Origin: Amphiscolops sp. MND2022
Taxonomy: Eukaryota
Reading direction: 5' to 3'
NCBI GenBank assembly: GCA_964187785.1
Contig: OZ076409.1
Coordinates: 26,042,001-26,106,000 of the forward strand
Length of the DNA stretch: 64,000 bases
Numbering within the stretch: position 1 is the stretch's first letter; each line of letters opens with the position of its first letter. A model generated the notes under the pieces. The model had not been told where the DNA came from. It saw only the letters and a list, made by a program, of their open reading frames with translations, and searched no databases. The translations under genes and the position numbers were made by a program. Of this stretch, positions 27,198-39,337 are shown in pieces.

Positions 27198-29370
27198 AAG
27201 TGCTACTCCTTTAAAAGCTTTAAAAGCTTGGTCTGATTCCTCTCACGCTCTTCTGGTTTCACGGGCATGGTTCTAATGTGCCTACATCAAACAGCAGTTT
27301 TGGGGTGTAGTGTGCGCCAATCACCTTCGGTACCCGACCGGGGGGACGCAACCGGGTGCCAGTTAATTGTAAGTGATGAAAAAATATTCCCATAGAAGAA
27401 TTGAATTGAGCAAAACTCGAATTTCAAATACACACAAAACGAATCATATCAAACAAATCAATGCAGCAATATAATCAGTTCATTGTTTTCATCTAAAGTT
27501 GGCGACTGCTCGCAAATGAGGCACGACGTCCTCAAAATTGTAGTCACTTTGTATGACTTGCATCGGTTTTTTTTTCATTTTTTGTCTTATCGGGGGCGCT
27601 TGGACCAAATAATTCGTTATTTTTTGGATGTATTCGAATTTCTGCATTTTCGAGTCTTTCTCCAAATTCCGTAGAAGCAACCAGACGTTTGAAATAAGCT
27701 TGAAGTCCATAATGCCAGCCTTCTACGCTCTTAGTTGTCCTTGCCACTCCTTCGCCAGCGGCCTCTAATTGGTTCCATATTTGGAAAGTTGCCTTTTTCG
27801 TGACTGTGGGGCCTTCGATATAAGTATTTTTAAAATAGAGTGCGAATCCGTCCAGTTTTTCGCTGATGCTTTTACTTGACAGGGCGGAACATGGGCAAGC
27901 GCAGGTCGCATTCTAAGTGCCAAGTAGAAATCCAGGCAGTTTTCCTAAAAAAAACTTTCAGACCAATTTTGTTTATTTTCCGGTTAAACGATTGCGTCAG
28001 GTGAAAGTAGCAGCATGAAATGTTCGCATCTGGAAATTTTTTTACTGGATTCGTTCAATGCTGCTTTTTCAAAATCTGCTATGATGCGATCTGGTTTTCA
28101 GTTCGTTTCTCCGAAGTGCAATTCTAGCATTCGGGAATAGGTTTTTCCTGCTTTGTTGGGTGGTAGCAAATGAACACAAGGGAGCGCAAAACCTTTTAAC
28201 TCAAATGTGGATTGTGTATATTCGGTAAAAATGGTCCGGTGATAATTTGGAAGTTCAGTCAATCAGCCATGTTTTTGAAAAATTAAGCAAATTTTTCCTC
28301 GTTGTATCGCCAAACATTAAAATTCTTTCGCTTGCGGCAAGTTGTTCTGATCAAGTTTTTTTTCGCCAATGAAAGCTGGACTGCACAATCGTCAGAGATT
28401 ACCGAAATTTCATTGATTTTGGCCACCGTAGGTGTCAATGACTCTGACTTGTTTAATTTGGTTCACAACTTCTTTCGCTTTACACTCGGAAGGGTCGCTT
28501 TCATGAGTGAGACTGTCTTTCAAACTAATTACCGCTTTCTGGTTTGTCTTCAAAACGGCTGGGCATTTAATTGAATAATACGTCGTGCATCTCCATTGAA
28601 TGCAAATTGAAGTGACTTCGATTGTAACAGTAACCGTTATGTATTGCGATATTGCCCCCTCTATTCGATTTCATGATTTGAATTAACATTTTGAGTTTTC
28701 AGTTCCAAAATTATTTGGCTTGCTGTGTGGAATGTTTACAATTCAGATGACTTCGCTATTTATACTACGAAAACGTGTGATAGGTTGAAGTAAACGGATG
28801 AAATTTCAAGCTGTTGAATTTGTGAACGGTTGAAATTGCAAGGGACGAAATGTCCTGACACCGGTTCAAAGTGCCTAGGATGAACTGTCCTGACACCGGG
28901 ATTTGTTTTGATAATCGAATAGAATAATTAATTTCATTGGGTTAATAAATTTGATTATTGAACACATTTTCTTGTTTCTACGTAAGCTGAAAATGTTACA
29001 GAAGCCGTAAATATGATAATTTTCCAGATTCCTACCATCACATTTTGGTTTACTAGTCTCTAGCAGATAGGCAGTGCCTTTCCAAGTCTTCAGCTGGCGC
29101 TTTCATTGAGATGAAACGAATGAGTGTATTATTCGTACGCCCAGTTTCGCCTGCGTTCAAATACGAATGCGAAACGTCATTGACGTTTAGTAGTTATGTT
29201 TCCTCAAGTCCAGAAGAATCAAAGGCGATGTTAACTAATTTTTCGTGCGCTATATAATTGATTAAAAGGAGTGCATAGTTAAGTTAATTCAGATGTTTTT
29301 AGGAGTCGGGAAAAATTTTCGACTACTTATGCAATCCTATCGTTTTTTTTCTCCTGACCTTCCATTGAAA
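27198..29370. repeat. Near-identical tandem duplicate of 24374-27197 (MULE remnant plus flank), lacking the HINE insertion
   Basis: aagtgctactcctttaaaagc... restarts at 27198 and is collinear to the HINE start at 27129/29301. Confidence 0.9.
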
Positions 29371-29828
29371 ATTTGAAATGTCTCAGTCTTTCTACATCCA
29401 AAGTTGCTCCTGTGTACGCTAAGGCATCGAAGTCGTATGACTGGGATGTGAGAAACATAGCCAAAATTAGCCCAAAAATGACCAAAAAACTTTTTTTGTG
29501 ATTTTCTGAAACTGTCCATACGATTCGAACGAAATTTTCTACAGTCATTCTACACCACATTAGTCCTATGTGTGCAATGGCATTAAATCGTATGGCTGGT
29601 ATCTAAGAAACGAAGCCAAAATTAGTCCAAAAATGACCAAAAAACGGCCAATTTTGGACTTTTTCGATTTTCTCATACTCTTTACGGTCCTGAAAGGACT
29701 TTTACGGAATATTTCTAGACCATATAAGGGCTTAATATGTGCAATTCCATCAAAATGGTATGACTGGGATTCGAGCGAGTCAAAAGGAAAGACCTAAGCC
29801 GACTCCTTTACCGCACATGCGGCTCTGG
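29301..29828 (+). mobile_element. Second HINE/DINE-1-like copy (5' stub also at 27129-27197)
   Basis: Same subTIRs and 3' hairpin; T-rich flanks. Confidence 0.8.
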
Positions 29829-30206
29829 TTCATTGTTGAAATTTGAAGTTAATGGTTACTGTAGCGTGAAAATATTTTACTCTGCCCCACAGGGGCCTAT
29901 TTCCACATAATACAGTTTACAAATATAACTCAATACAGGGCTTCTATTTTCGGCCCCTGAGACCCATTTGTGGTAACTTTTAATTTTTTTTCATTTTCAA
30001 TTGTTTTGTATCAGCGATTTGTCGCTTTTGTTGACAATCCAATTATACATTGAAGAGATTTTCAAGAATGCAGTTTCATTTGAGTCTTCCGTGAAGGAAG
30101 ATTCTTTGAGAGCCATCTTACTTTAAAATAGTATAAACGAAACCGGTGCTTGAGGCATGTTCTTTGTTTTGTTGCTCATGTTAGAATGATTCTCTTTTGT
30201 GTTCAG

Positions 30207-30744
30207 ATTCAAACATATTGCACTATCGCCAAGATTCTCGCCATCATTTTCATCGTTTGTATTGGTCTTGTGAAAATCATTATGGGCAACACTAAAACAC
30301 TGGCTAGTGGATTCGAAGGCAGTCAAAGAGACGTTTTTAAGCTGTCCCTTGCTTTCTATCAAGGCCTCTTCTCGTATGACGGTTGGAACCAGCTCAACTT
30401 CCTCACAGAGGAACTGCAGAATCCGAAGAGGAACCTGCCTCTTTCGATCATAATCGGTATTCCCCTGGTCATGGTGTGTTATCTACTTATGAATGTGGCC
30501 TATTTCGGAGTGCTGACGAAAGAGGACGTGTTGAACGAATCGGCACTGGCTATTGTCTTGGGCGAGAGAACTTTGTTCAAATGGATCGTGTGGATCATCC
30601 CTCTTTCAGTCTGTTTCTCAACTTTCGGCTCTACCAACGGAGAAATGTTCACTTGCGGCCGAATTGCATACGCCACTGCCCGTGAAGGTCACTTGCCGAG
30701 GATCTTTTCCTTCTGTCACACATCGTTTCACACTCCTGTTCTTG
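30207..30744 (+). CDS. SLC7/LAT transporter, exon 4
   Basis: IQTYCTIAK..., AFYQGLFSYDGWNQLNFLTEELQNPKRNLP, STFGSTNG, AREGHLP; AG/GT boundaries. Confidence 0.93.
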
Positions 30745-31178
30745 GTTAGTCATCAGTTTCTTGATATAGTATGATGCAATATTTTTGAATGAACCTTCGA
30801 TTCGCTTTAAAGGTCACTGTTGCATAATACTATTTATCTTACATTCTTTTTGTTTTATGGATTCCTCCAAGCAACATTCACTCATGAAGTACATTCCCTT
30901 AGCATCAATTTTGATTATTTCATGATGCTCACCCTAAATCATATCGTATCAAAATGACTGCAAAACTTGATGAGATGGAAGATAACTTATCGACTGTAGT
31001 ACTTTTTGGGTGGAATGGAACATTATCGGAATTTAAAAATCATGAAAATCTTCAGTATTCACATCAAATTTGAATAAAAGCGCCTCAATAAGTGTTTAAC
31101 AGTCATTTCATCGCTTGCAGTTTTCTGAAAAGTTTTTCTTGATTACACTATTCGTTATAACATTTCCTTTTTTCTCAG

Positions 31179-31606
31179 GTGTGGTAGTAACGGTTGCCAT
31201 GAGCACTTTGTACATCATGTTGGGAGACTTCAACGAACTAGTGGACTACTTCAGCTTCGCAGCCTGGGTCTTCTACTTCATCACAGTGCTGGGTCTGATC
31301 AGACTGCGCTGGACTATGGCTGACGTCAAGAGGGAGTTCAAAGTGCCCATAGTCATCCCCATCCTCTTCTGCATATGTGCCCTGTACCTCATTGTGGCCC
31401 CACTCATCGCGGAATTCGACCCTAAGTACATCATGGCGGTGCTCTTCATCCTGTTCGGCTTCGTCTACTACCTGCCCTTCGTTCAGTGTGGGGTCAAGGT
31501 CAAGTTCATGTACCCCTTGTTCACCTACATCCAGTACGCACTCAACATCGCCACTTCATATTACCACGAAGAGGAGGAGAATGAACAGGATCAAACAGCA
31601 GATAAG
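31179..31606 (+). CDS. SLC7/LAT transporter, exon 5 (3' end uncertain: donor GTTAAT at 31607 or read-through to 31786)
   Basis: LVDYFSFAAWVFY..GLIRLRWT....REFKVPIVIP; hydrophobic TM11-12. Confidence 0.85.
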
Positions 31607-31735
31607 GTTAATCCCTTCCATGTCACTAGTTTGGGTTTGACATGCAGTCAACTCCGTATTTTGCATCCGGATAATTCGGATCTTCGTTTAAATTGCATGT
31701 ATCCGAGCCCCTATTTCGAGACGACCAAAGAAATA

Positions 31736-31910
31736 CAGTGGATCCCGGATATAAGAAACCCTCTTATAAAAAATACCCGCTTATAGTCAATGCGTATCTT
31801 GGCCCCGATAGCCAATTTAATTTCTTTTGAAAACCCGCTTTTAAGAAAGTTCGATTATAAGAAACACCACTAGTCATTCCCGTGACGTTGATTATATCCG
31901 GGATTCACTG
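31736..31910. mobile_element. Tc1/mariner (pogo-like) MITE
   Basis: TA|CAGTGGATCCCGGATATAA ... TTATATCCGGGATTCACTG|TA. Confidence 0.8.
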
Positions 31911-33164
31911 TATCATCTGGTTAGTTCGTATTTTCTCATTATTCGTACTATTTTATTCGGTCCCTAGCTATAAGAATTGATGGATTCAAATATTAGCATG
32001 ATTCTTGTGAGCAAAATTGTCCATTCAATGTCAAGTATTCGTCAGTTAAAACATGCAGTTGCAAAGTCTTGTTCCTTCGAAAACTCTTGAACCTTGTGTT
32101 AGATTTTGAGTGACCATTTCAGTCCAAATTGATAAAACGTAATACTTGTAAATTGAAGTTGAGTTTGGCTGATTTTGCTCACAAAATGCTAAGTCAGTTC
32201 AAGTAGTTTTCACATCTTGTTTATTGGAGTCAAACTGAAATTACGGCAATTGTATAGGTTTTTGTACTCTTCACCGTTTAGTGGCAATTCTCCAGAAGAA
32301 TGCCTGATCAACCTCTCTTGTGCTCACGAAGAAGCTGTTGTGAAGTGTTGACACTTGTTTTGAATTTCAGAGTTTAGAAGCGAACACTGCCACTGCTTGT
32401 TGAGAGAGGTCTCCCATTTCATCTTACAATGTCAATCAGAATCAACGTTTCGAGATTTTTGCAACTAGAAGAAACCAGATACCTCAATTATGTACAATTT
32501 CCTTCGTATCTACTAATTTTCCTTCGTCGTAACCTTTGTATGCATTTGACGCTTTGTTCAATGTTGCTCGTAAAGTGTGAATTCATCATTATTCGGGTGA
32601 TCATTATACTTTTTCTCAAGCTCAAGAATTTTAAATTGTCGAGAAAAGTGATAAGATGGCCCTAGGACTAAGTAGACATTAAAACTCCCTTAAAAAACTC
32701 CTTAGGAGTAGTAATGGAGTATGTTGAGGTGATGACCTAAAAGAACATAGATGAATGCCCGAGATGTAAACAGATCATTGAACTATAAATTAGCAAAGCA
32801 GGCGTGAAAACTTATTGACCTGTTGATGAGTAAACTTTGCTAATAAACACGTGCTTCCTGTAACTATTTAATTGTCCTGTCAAGTATTTGTTTGTAATTA
32901 TCATCGACCAGAGTTGAGATGAATTCATTACCCCGGATTTGTGATTCTAATATTCAGTTGACTATTAACTAATCTCTGTTTTCATCACGCTACGCGAAAT
33001 ACTGCGCGATAGACTAAATCCTGATCGTAACAGGTTATGTTGCCCAGAGTGAATTGAACAGAGACAACTCTCGTACAAAAGCGCGCTCATCTCAATCAAC
33101 TGCCGATTGAAAAATTGTTTTCAACAGAAAGAAGCCTCTATAAAGAACGTTTTCCTGTGTCGAA

Positions 33165-33234
33165 ATGGACAGTGCAGCAATGAAATGGCTGTTTCTCTGG
33201 AAAACAAGAAGATTTTGCAACATGGAGTACCAGG
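33165..33234 (+). pseudogene. Copia gag N-terminus, split by the Maverick insertion
   Basis: FSGKQEDFATWSTR continues in frame as FIAYIQTKNL at 47573 once the element and one TSD copy are removed. Confidence 0.85.
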
Positions 33235-33286
33235 AGTAGTTTGATTTTATATACCCTTGTTAGAAATAGGGGGGGTTTAGTTTTAC

Positions 33287-33388
33287 AAAAATTTCCATTT
33301 CTAGCAAAGACTATGAGTCCCTCCCGGGACTCGAACCTCGCCGGTTGAAATGATGGCCGAGCACACTAACCACTCGGCCATCGGGAGG
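33287..33388 (-). ncRNA. Putative Pol III tRNA-like hairpin RNA (left arm copy)
   Basis: Reverse complement of 47414-47515. Confidence 0.5.
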
Positions 33389-34746
33389 CGGAATACTGTA
33401 ATATCAACACGCTTATTACAGAATGTATTCTCCCGCTAGCTGAGCGGTGAGTTAATTCAGCTCGCACAACAACTAATTGCATATTCAAAGATTTCGTAAT
33501 CTTATATTCGTATCATTTGTGTCGTAACAAAATCGTATCATATACAAATTGGATCTGGCTACAATTTGGATCTGGGCACTAATCGTGCACAGATCAGAAT
33601 AGTTTTTGACTATTTTGATGTCAGGCGAACAAATTTATGCTAGTGCTATGATAAATAACTCAAGGAAAGGTAGGCAAATAAAACGTGAAAGGCCAGCGGT
33701 CTTGTTTTAACCCCCAGTGTGGGTTCCCAGTTATATCCGCCCTCCTCCATAAAGAAGTAATTCGGCTGATCTGCTCCTTTTGTTTAAGAAATTGATCGTT
33801 TTCGGAGCCTAGACACACGCTTTTCTAATTCGCCGGCAGGATAAATTTATTCCGTAATTGTTACACTTGCTGTTTGTTTGTGAAAGTTGATTATGTAATA
33901 GCGGAAAACATTTAATGAAGATTGGGGAATAATCTCTTTTAATTCACTGACTGCGCTTCATGATACTTATATTTAATATGCGTGCAATTATTGCCCTAGC
34001 CAAATCCAGCCACTTTCCCAGATCTACAGCTTTGGGTGGTCTCTAAACATGAAGGTATTCTCCCCTTATTGAGACAATTTATCTCACTTGCGAATCACAA
34101 CATGCGCATTGTAAGTGAATGGGAATCGTTCAATCGACCCCTTCCTGAATTTAACCCCCCCCCCCCTCATTTGCGATGGCAAAACAAAACAAAAAGGTGA
34201 AAATGTTTTGTTCTTGCAAATATCTAGGTAAAACTACCAATGCAGTATGGCTCACATTTGCTTTTATCTTCCATTCTGTCTGGGATGGAATAATCAAAAC
34301 TTCTTTACAGCTCAGTAAAATAGTTAACAAAACAGTTCAAAATGAAAAGTAAACATTTGATAATTTCTTTTGTCAAGTTTCTTTTCTTTCATGCATCATT
34401 TTTGTTTGGATTTGATTTAACTGCAAAAGTTGGCAAGATTTTGTTTGCCTCGACAGTGACAGTCTAGTCTCAAGTCAGAAACACCAGTTGTTGCAAATCT
34501 TAACTTTCTTCATCTCCATTTTTCCTTACTGAATCAAATTTTATTGTTTTACTTGTCGAGTCTCGGTAACAAATCTGAAAGTCAGCTAGAACAATCACAT
34601 CTAGGCCTTCGAAATTGAAAATTTTTGCACAAGACGGTCCTCTGCAACTTTTGAGCTATCTTTTTGTTCTCCCTTTTGTCTCGCGTTTTTGTTCTCTATC
34701 TGTTCTTGCGTTTTTGTTCTCCCTTTTCTCTTGCCGATTAAACCCT

Positions 34747-35283
34747 ATGGATTATCTGAGAAGTTTATGGGACCTGGATCAGTCAAGAGTTGGCTTCTAC
34801 GAGTATGGGGAACCTGCTGCATTACTGCCTCCACCACCCAAGAAGCATGAAGTCGCCGAAGAATTGAAGGTCGAAATCTTGAAAACAACGTCGTTGAGAG
34901 ACGAATACCAAAGATCTGGCAAACAAAGAGTACGCCACAGAGCTTTTGTACTTGCTACCGATGGAAAGGGAAAAGTAGGCATCGGTATAAAGGTCAACCG
35001 AGTACAGAAAATAGCCATCGAAAAAGCAACTGATCAAGCCAAATCCGAGATGTTTGAAATTGCTCTCGGAAACTTTGACCCAGAAAAAGAAGAAAAACAC
35101 ACTTTATCTCAACAAGTTCATGGGCAGTACGACAAACTTGAAGTCATTCTAATTCCTGCTGCAACGGGTGCTGGACTGGAAGGTTCCGCAATTGTTCAAT
35201 TTATCCTCCGACTTATCGGAGTCAAGGACTGTATTGTTAAGCCCGAATCTAGTAAGTTTTCTGCTTTTCATCTCTTACTTTAA
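34747..35283 (+). CDS. Divergent ribosomal protein uS5 (RPS2)-like ORF, left arm; possible intron 35252-35345 and short exon to 35377
   Basis: LKVEILK...RVRHRAFVLATDGKGKVGIGIK...AIEKA...AK...HTL....G....V.LIPAATGAGL.....ILRLIGVKDC matches uS5 N- and C-domain patterns by eye. Confidence 0.8.
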   Translation: MDYLRSLWDLDQSRVGFYEYGEPAALLPPPPKKHEVAEELKVEILKTTSLRDEYQRSGKQRVRHRAFVLATDGKGKVGIGIKVNRVQKIAIEKATDQAKSEMFEIALGNFDPEKEEKHTLSQQVHGQYDKLEVILIPAATGAGLEGSAIVQFILRLIGVKDCIVKPESSKFSAFHLLL

Positions 35284-35804
35284 ACGGCCATCAATCCTGC
35301 ACTCACCGGAAGGAATCATCAAATTTTCTACTAATAACATTTCAGTGAATTCACAAATGGGGTTGATTACTGCTTGATTTCTGCTCTTCTTTTTCGAATG
35401 ACTATGAGTTTTTTTTTGTTCTTTGCAGCTCATGGAAATAACACGATAACAATGGCGTTGGCTGTTCTGAATGCACTTGGAAAACAATTCAACAAATAAT
35501 CGTGAGTTTTTATCTTTTGACTAGGCTTATTTGTCAAGATTTGTTTAACTGTCCCAACACACGAGTGATCAGCAGCGTAAACCCGAGACGTTTTTTGCGG
35601 TGCTTTCAACGTTCAAAACAATCGGTGTTTACGTTGTTGACAACTCCCCAACCCTCATTTTTGAAAGTTGAATAATGTTATTAGGCTTAAACTTCTACAG
35701 GTGTTTTGTATGATATTAGTATTTTCCCAATACGGTCTATCTGCAAATTCCTCTTATACAACCTTTTGTAACTTAGTAGTTTTGTATTTTCTTATCGAAC
35801 TGTC

Positions 35805-36805
35805 GGCATTAAAGCCCAATATTTTGCTTTTATAGCCAATCATTTTCTATTCTACGGTTATGGGGCTGCATTTAGGCCTGCGGGGGCGGCCTTGAAGTCC
35901 AATATTTTGCTTTTATAGCCAAGCCTTTTCCATTCTACGGCCGTGGGGCCGCGATTAGGCCTACGGGGGCGGCCTTGAAGCCCAGTATTTTGCTTTTATA
36001 GCCAAGCCTTTTCCGTTTTACGGTTATGGGGCCGCGATCAGGCCTACGGGGGCGGCATTAAAGCCCAATATTTTGCTTTTATAGCCAATCATTTTCTATT
36101 CTACGGCTGTGGGGCCGCAATTAGGCCTGCGGGGTGGAATTAAAGCCCAGTATTTTGCTTTTTCTACCAGGTATTTTTCATTTTACTGCTATGGGGCCGC
36201 AATAAGGCCTGCAGGGGCGGCATTAAAGCCCAATATTTTGCATTTACAGAGCAGCAATTTTCATTCTACGGTTATGGGGCCGCATTTAGGCCTGCGGGGC
36301 GGCATTAAAGCCCAGTATTTTGCTTTTTGAGCCAAGCATTTTTCATTTTACGCTTATGGGGCCGCAATAAGGCCTGCGGGGGTGGCTTTTATGCCCAATA
36401 TTTTGCTTTTATAGCCAAGCTTTTTCCAATCTACGGCTGTGGGCCGCATTTAGGCCTGCGGGGGCGGCATTGAAGCCCAATATTTTGCTTTTTAAGCCTA
36501 GCAATTTCCATTTTACGGTTATGGGGCCGCAATGAGGCCTGCGGGGGCGGCATTAAAGCCCAATATTTTGCTTTTTAAGCCAAGCATTTTTCTTTCTACG
36601 GTTATGGGGCCGCGATTAGGCCTGCGGGGGCGGCATTAAAGCCCAGTATTTTGCTTTTTAGGCCTAGCAATTTCCATTTTACGGTTATGGGGCCGCGATA
36701 AGGCCTGCGGGGGCAGCGTTTAAGCCCAGTATTTTGCTTTTATAGCAAAGTTATTTCCATTTAACGGCCGTGGTCGCGTTTATGCCTGCGAGGGAGGCCT
36801 TCAAG
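35805..36805. repeat. Satellite of ~12 x 82-83 bp units (left arm)
   Basis: gccca(a/g)tattttgc recurs at 82-83-bp spacing from 35820 to 36730. Confidence 0.95.
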
Positions 36806-37059
36806 GCCTTCAATCTGCTTTTTTCAATCATCTATCGATTCGTTTTTCATTTGGAAAATTACATTCTACATCTTTTGGAGAATAATCTCTGCTATTAGAC
36901 AACGCGTCGGCCAATAAAATGAGAGCAAAACAACACTGAATTTACAAATAGCTAACAGCTCAAAAGTACTTGAAAGCCTATTCAACAACTACTTGAGAAC
37001 AATACAAAGTAAAACAATGAAAACAGCACACATCTATGTAATGCAATTTTGCTCGAGTT

Positions 37060-37937
37060 TTATTCGCTGTCGCTCACAATCTCCATCCGTCTCCTTTTCG
37101 CTCTTTTTATCCTGTTCACAAACTCGTCATCGCTGAACCAATTGTCAAAATCAATTAGGTATTCCAAGTCTTCTATGGCGTTTGCCTCGTCTTCTGTCAG
37201 TGTCTCGACAATTACGCAGTCGTTAGGGTCTGACTCTTCGTCATCTTCGTGTGCAGTTTCACCTGTATCTGATGCTTCCACTGCCTCATCGTCAATGAAG
37301 GGATTTCTCGGAGGACTTCGCTCCTCAACAGATTCGTCCATGTTACTGAATTGGTCTTCCAGCTCGGAATCACTGTACTCTCTTTGGTGCATGCCTGGAT
37401 CGGGAGGCGACCATGCTTCCATTAACTGTTGAGTTAAAGAGACTGGCCCATCATCACTGACTCGAACTCGCAATGGTGATGACAGAGGGGCATTTGCCAG
37501 CATCGGAGCTTCATCTGGGAATATTTGGCTGATTGTGACTTGCGGATCATTGCCGTTCAATTCGTCCCATGTGGGACTTGATGGTATCTCTTCCTCTTCA
37601 TATCCCCATTCTGGTTCATCCACAATGTCTTGCTCAACATGAACATCTCTGATCATGTAGTGACCATGGGGTAAAGTTGAGATGCCGTCTTCTAATACAT
37701 AACGCTTGTCATCAAAGGAGCTGAGAGACACCTTGTTCGTCTTGATTGTTTGTAATTGGTGCTTTTGCGAGCCTATTCGCATGTTTACAGTCTTGTAGGA
37801 CTCCCCAGTTTTCAATACTTTTTTGTACAGCTCATGATTCAGTTCCTTCTGAGCGAATCGGCAAACTCCCTTTGCCGACAGCTTCTGCCTTCCTCCAACC
37901 ATGATTGAATACATTTTGGGTTTTAGTCCGACAAATT
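37060..37937 (-). pseudogene. Inverted duplicate of the PolB 3' end (part of the left arm)
   Basis: Near-identical to 42861-43738; begins mid-gene at FVGLKPKMYS. Confidence 0.9.
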
Positions 37938-38131
37938 TTATTCCTTACATTAGTGAACAAGAACTATTACGATTTGTAAAACATTTCATTTAATGCTGTC
38001 TTGTCTAATTGAGTTTTATCCTTTAAGCTTTTTTTTCGAAAACAAAGAGCACAAGAATGAATTATTCAAGTAAAAATTTTAAAAAAAAACATCATGGAAT
38101 CAACAAAGCTGCAAGACAAAACAAAAACAAA

Positions 38132-38509
38132 TTAAATGGTTTGAAAGTTCATTATATACACGGGCTCGCCATCCATAGCCCCCGGCTTCCAACAGTCATC
38201 TTCCTCCTCTAGCGTTACCACGGATGTGTAGGACCAGCCATTTGGCTCGATCGTTGTGTAGAAGGAGGAGAAACTAACTTTTTGGAGTCCTTTCCGTTGC
38301 GCGGGCATGCTCTTGAAGGACGATTTTTCTGGCTGGGGTTGTACTTTCGTAGAGGTTGATGGTGATGGTTCGAGCGGGGTCAAAGCCGGAAACACTCGTA
38401 TATAACAGCTGAATGTGACTGTTTTCCTCAGCGGGGGTCCAAAATTGGAAACCAGCTCGTCGTCGATTTTAAGGCAGGATCGGATTGGCATAGCAGTTGA
38501 ATCATACAT
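38132..38509 (-). CDS. 125-aa Maverick accessory ORF, divergent from PolB, with two RVxF-like motifs
   Basis: ATG-initiated ORF; RSCLK...RKTVTF and KSSFK...QKVSF. Confidence 0.55.
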   Translation of the reverse strand: MYDSTAMPIRSCLKIDDELVSNFGPPLRKTVTFSCYIRVFPALTPLEPSPSTSTKVQPQPEKSSFKSMPAQRKGLQKVSFSSFYTTIEPNGWSYTSVVTLEEEDDCWKPGAMDGEPVYIMNFQTI

Positions 38510-38799
38510 TTTTCAAGACGAGCAATAGGTGATTACTGAGGAAAGCCAGGAAAAGAATTCGAAAAGACTTTAATGTGATTTTAAAGCAAACTGATGATTT
38601 GCAAAATAGTTGAGTGAGCGAAAAGCAAAAAGTTGAAATCAAATAGCTGTTGATATTGATATCAGGCAAAAAGCAAATGATTTTGGGCTGTGGCCAGACA
38701 AGTCAGGCGGCGGCGAGCAACAGCTTGCATTTTTACGAGAGAGTGCTGAGAAAAATTAAACAACAACTCACTTTCTAGGGGAAATTTAACTGCGTAGCG

Positions 38800-39030
38800 T
38801 GTCTAGAGGGGAGGTGTTTCAACAGTTGCGCTTTCTTATCTTGCCGGTTCAAACAAATTCAACCGCCGATTGTCTGGGAGGGGGTGCGTCAGCTTGTCTC
38901 TATATTGCCGGTTCAAACGAGATTAACCGCCGGTTGTCTGAGAGGGGGTGCGTCAGCTTACAATTTTTTTTAAACCGGACAAAACGAGATTGAACGGCGA
39001 TTGTCTAAGTGGGGTGCGTCAGCTTGCGTC
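38800..39030. promoter_or_regulatory. Three to four imperfect ~65-70-bp repeats between the divergent ORFs (candidate bidirectional promoter)
   Basis: ttgtct..ggggtgcgtcagctt occurs three times and ttgccggttcaaac twice. Confidence 0.4.
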
Positions 39031-39337
39031 TGTCGTCGAACCCGAATAACCCCCGATAGCTCAATTTTAAAACGAAATTTCTCAAAAATAAAATCAAAAA
39101 TCTCCAACTTTGTTGCAAATCAGTTACCCTCACAAGCAAAAATTGTTGAAAACTAGATATTCTCACCTGCAATATTTGATTGAAAATACTATTTCAGATT
39201 GAAACTCAAATTCAAAAATCAAATCAAACAGTTAAAGAAACCGAATTCACTTTTTAAAAAACACTTTCTGAGCCCCTTGGGGTATTTCATTCAACAATCT
39301 GATATGGTAGTTTCAATCAAGTATCTATTCAGTCGAA

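Noticed and set aside
34615..34746. N-terminal hydrophobic extension of the uS5-like ORF
   Set aside because: It depends on a TTG start in T-rich sequence; the first ATG is at 34747.
35805..36805. Regularly spaced repeats as a CRISPR array
   Set aside because: The whole 83-bp unit repeats with no unique spacers, there are no cas genes, and the context is eukaryotic.
37060..37914. Independent 284-aa gene
   Set aside because: It is the inverted duplicate of the PolB 3' end, starting at an internal Met.
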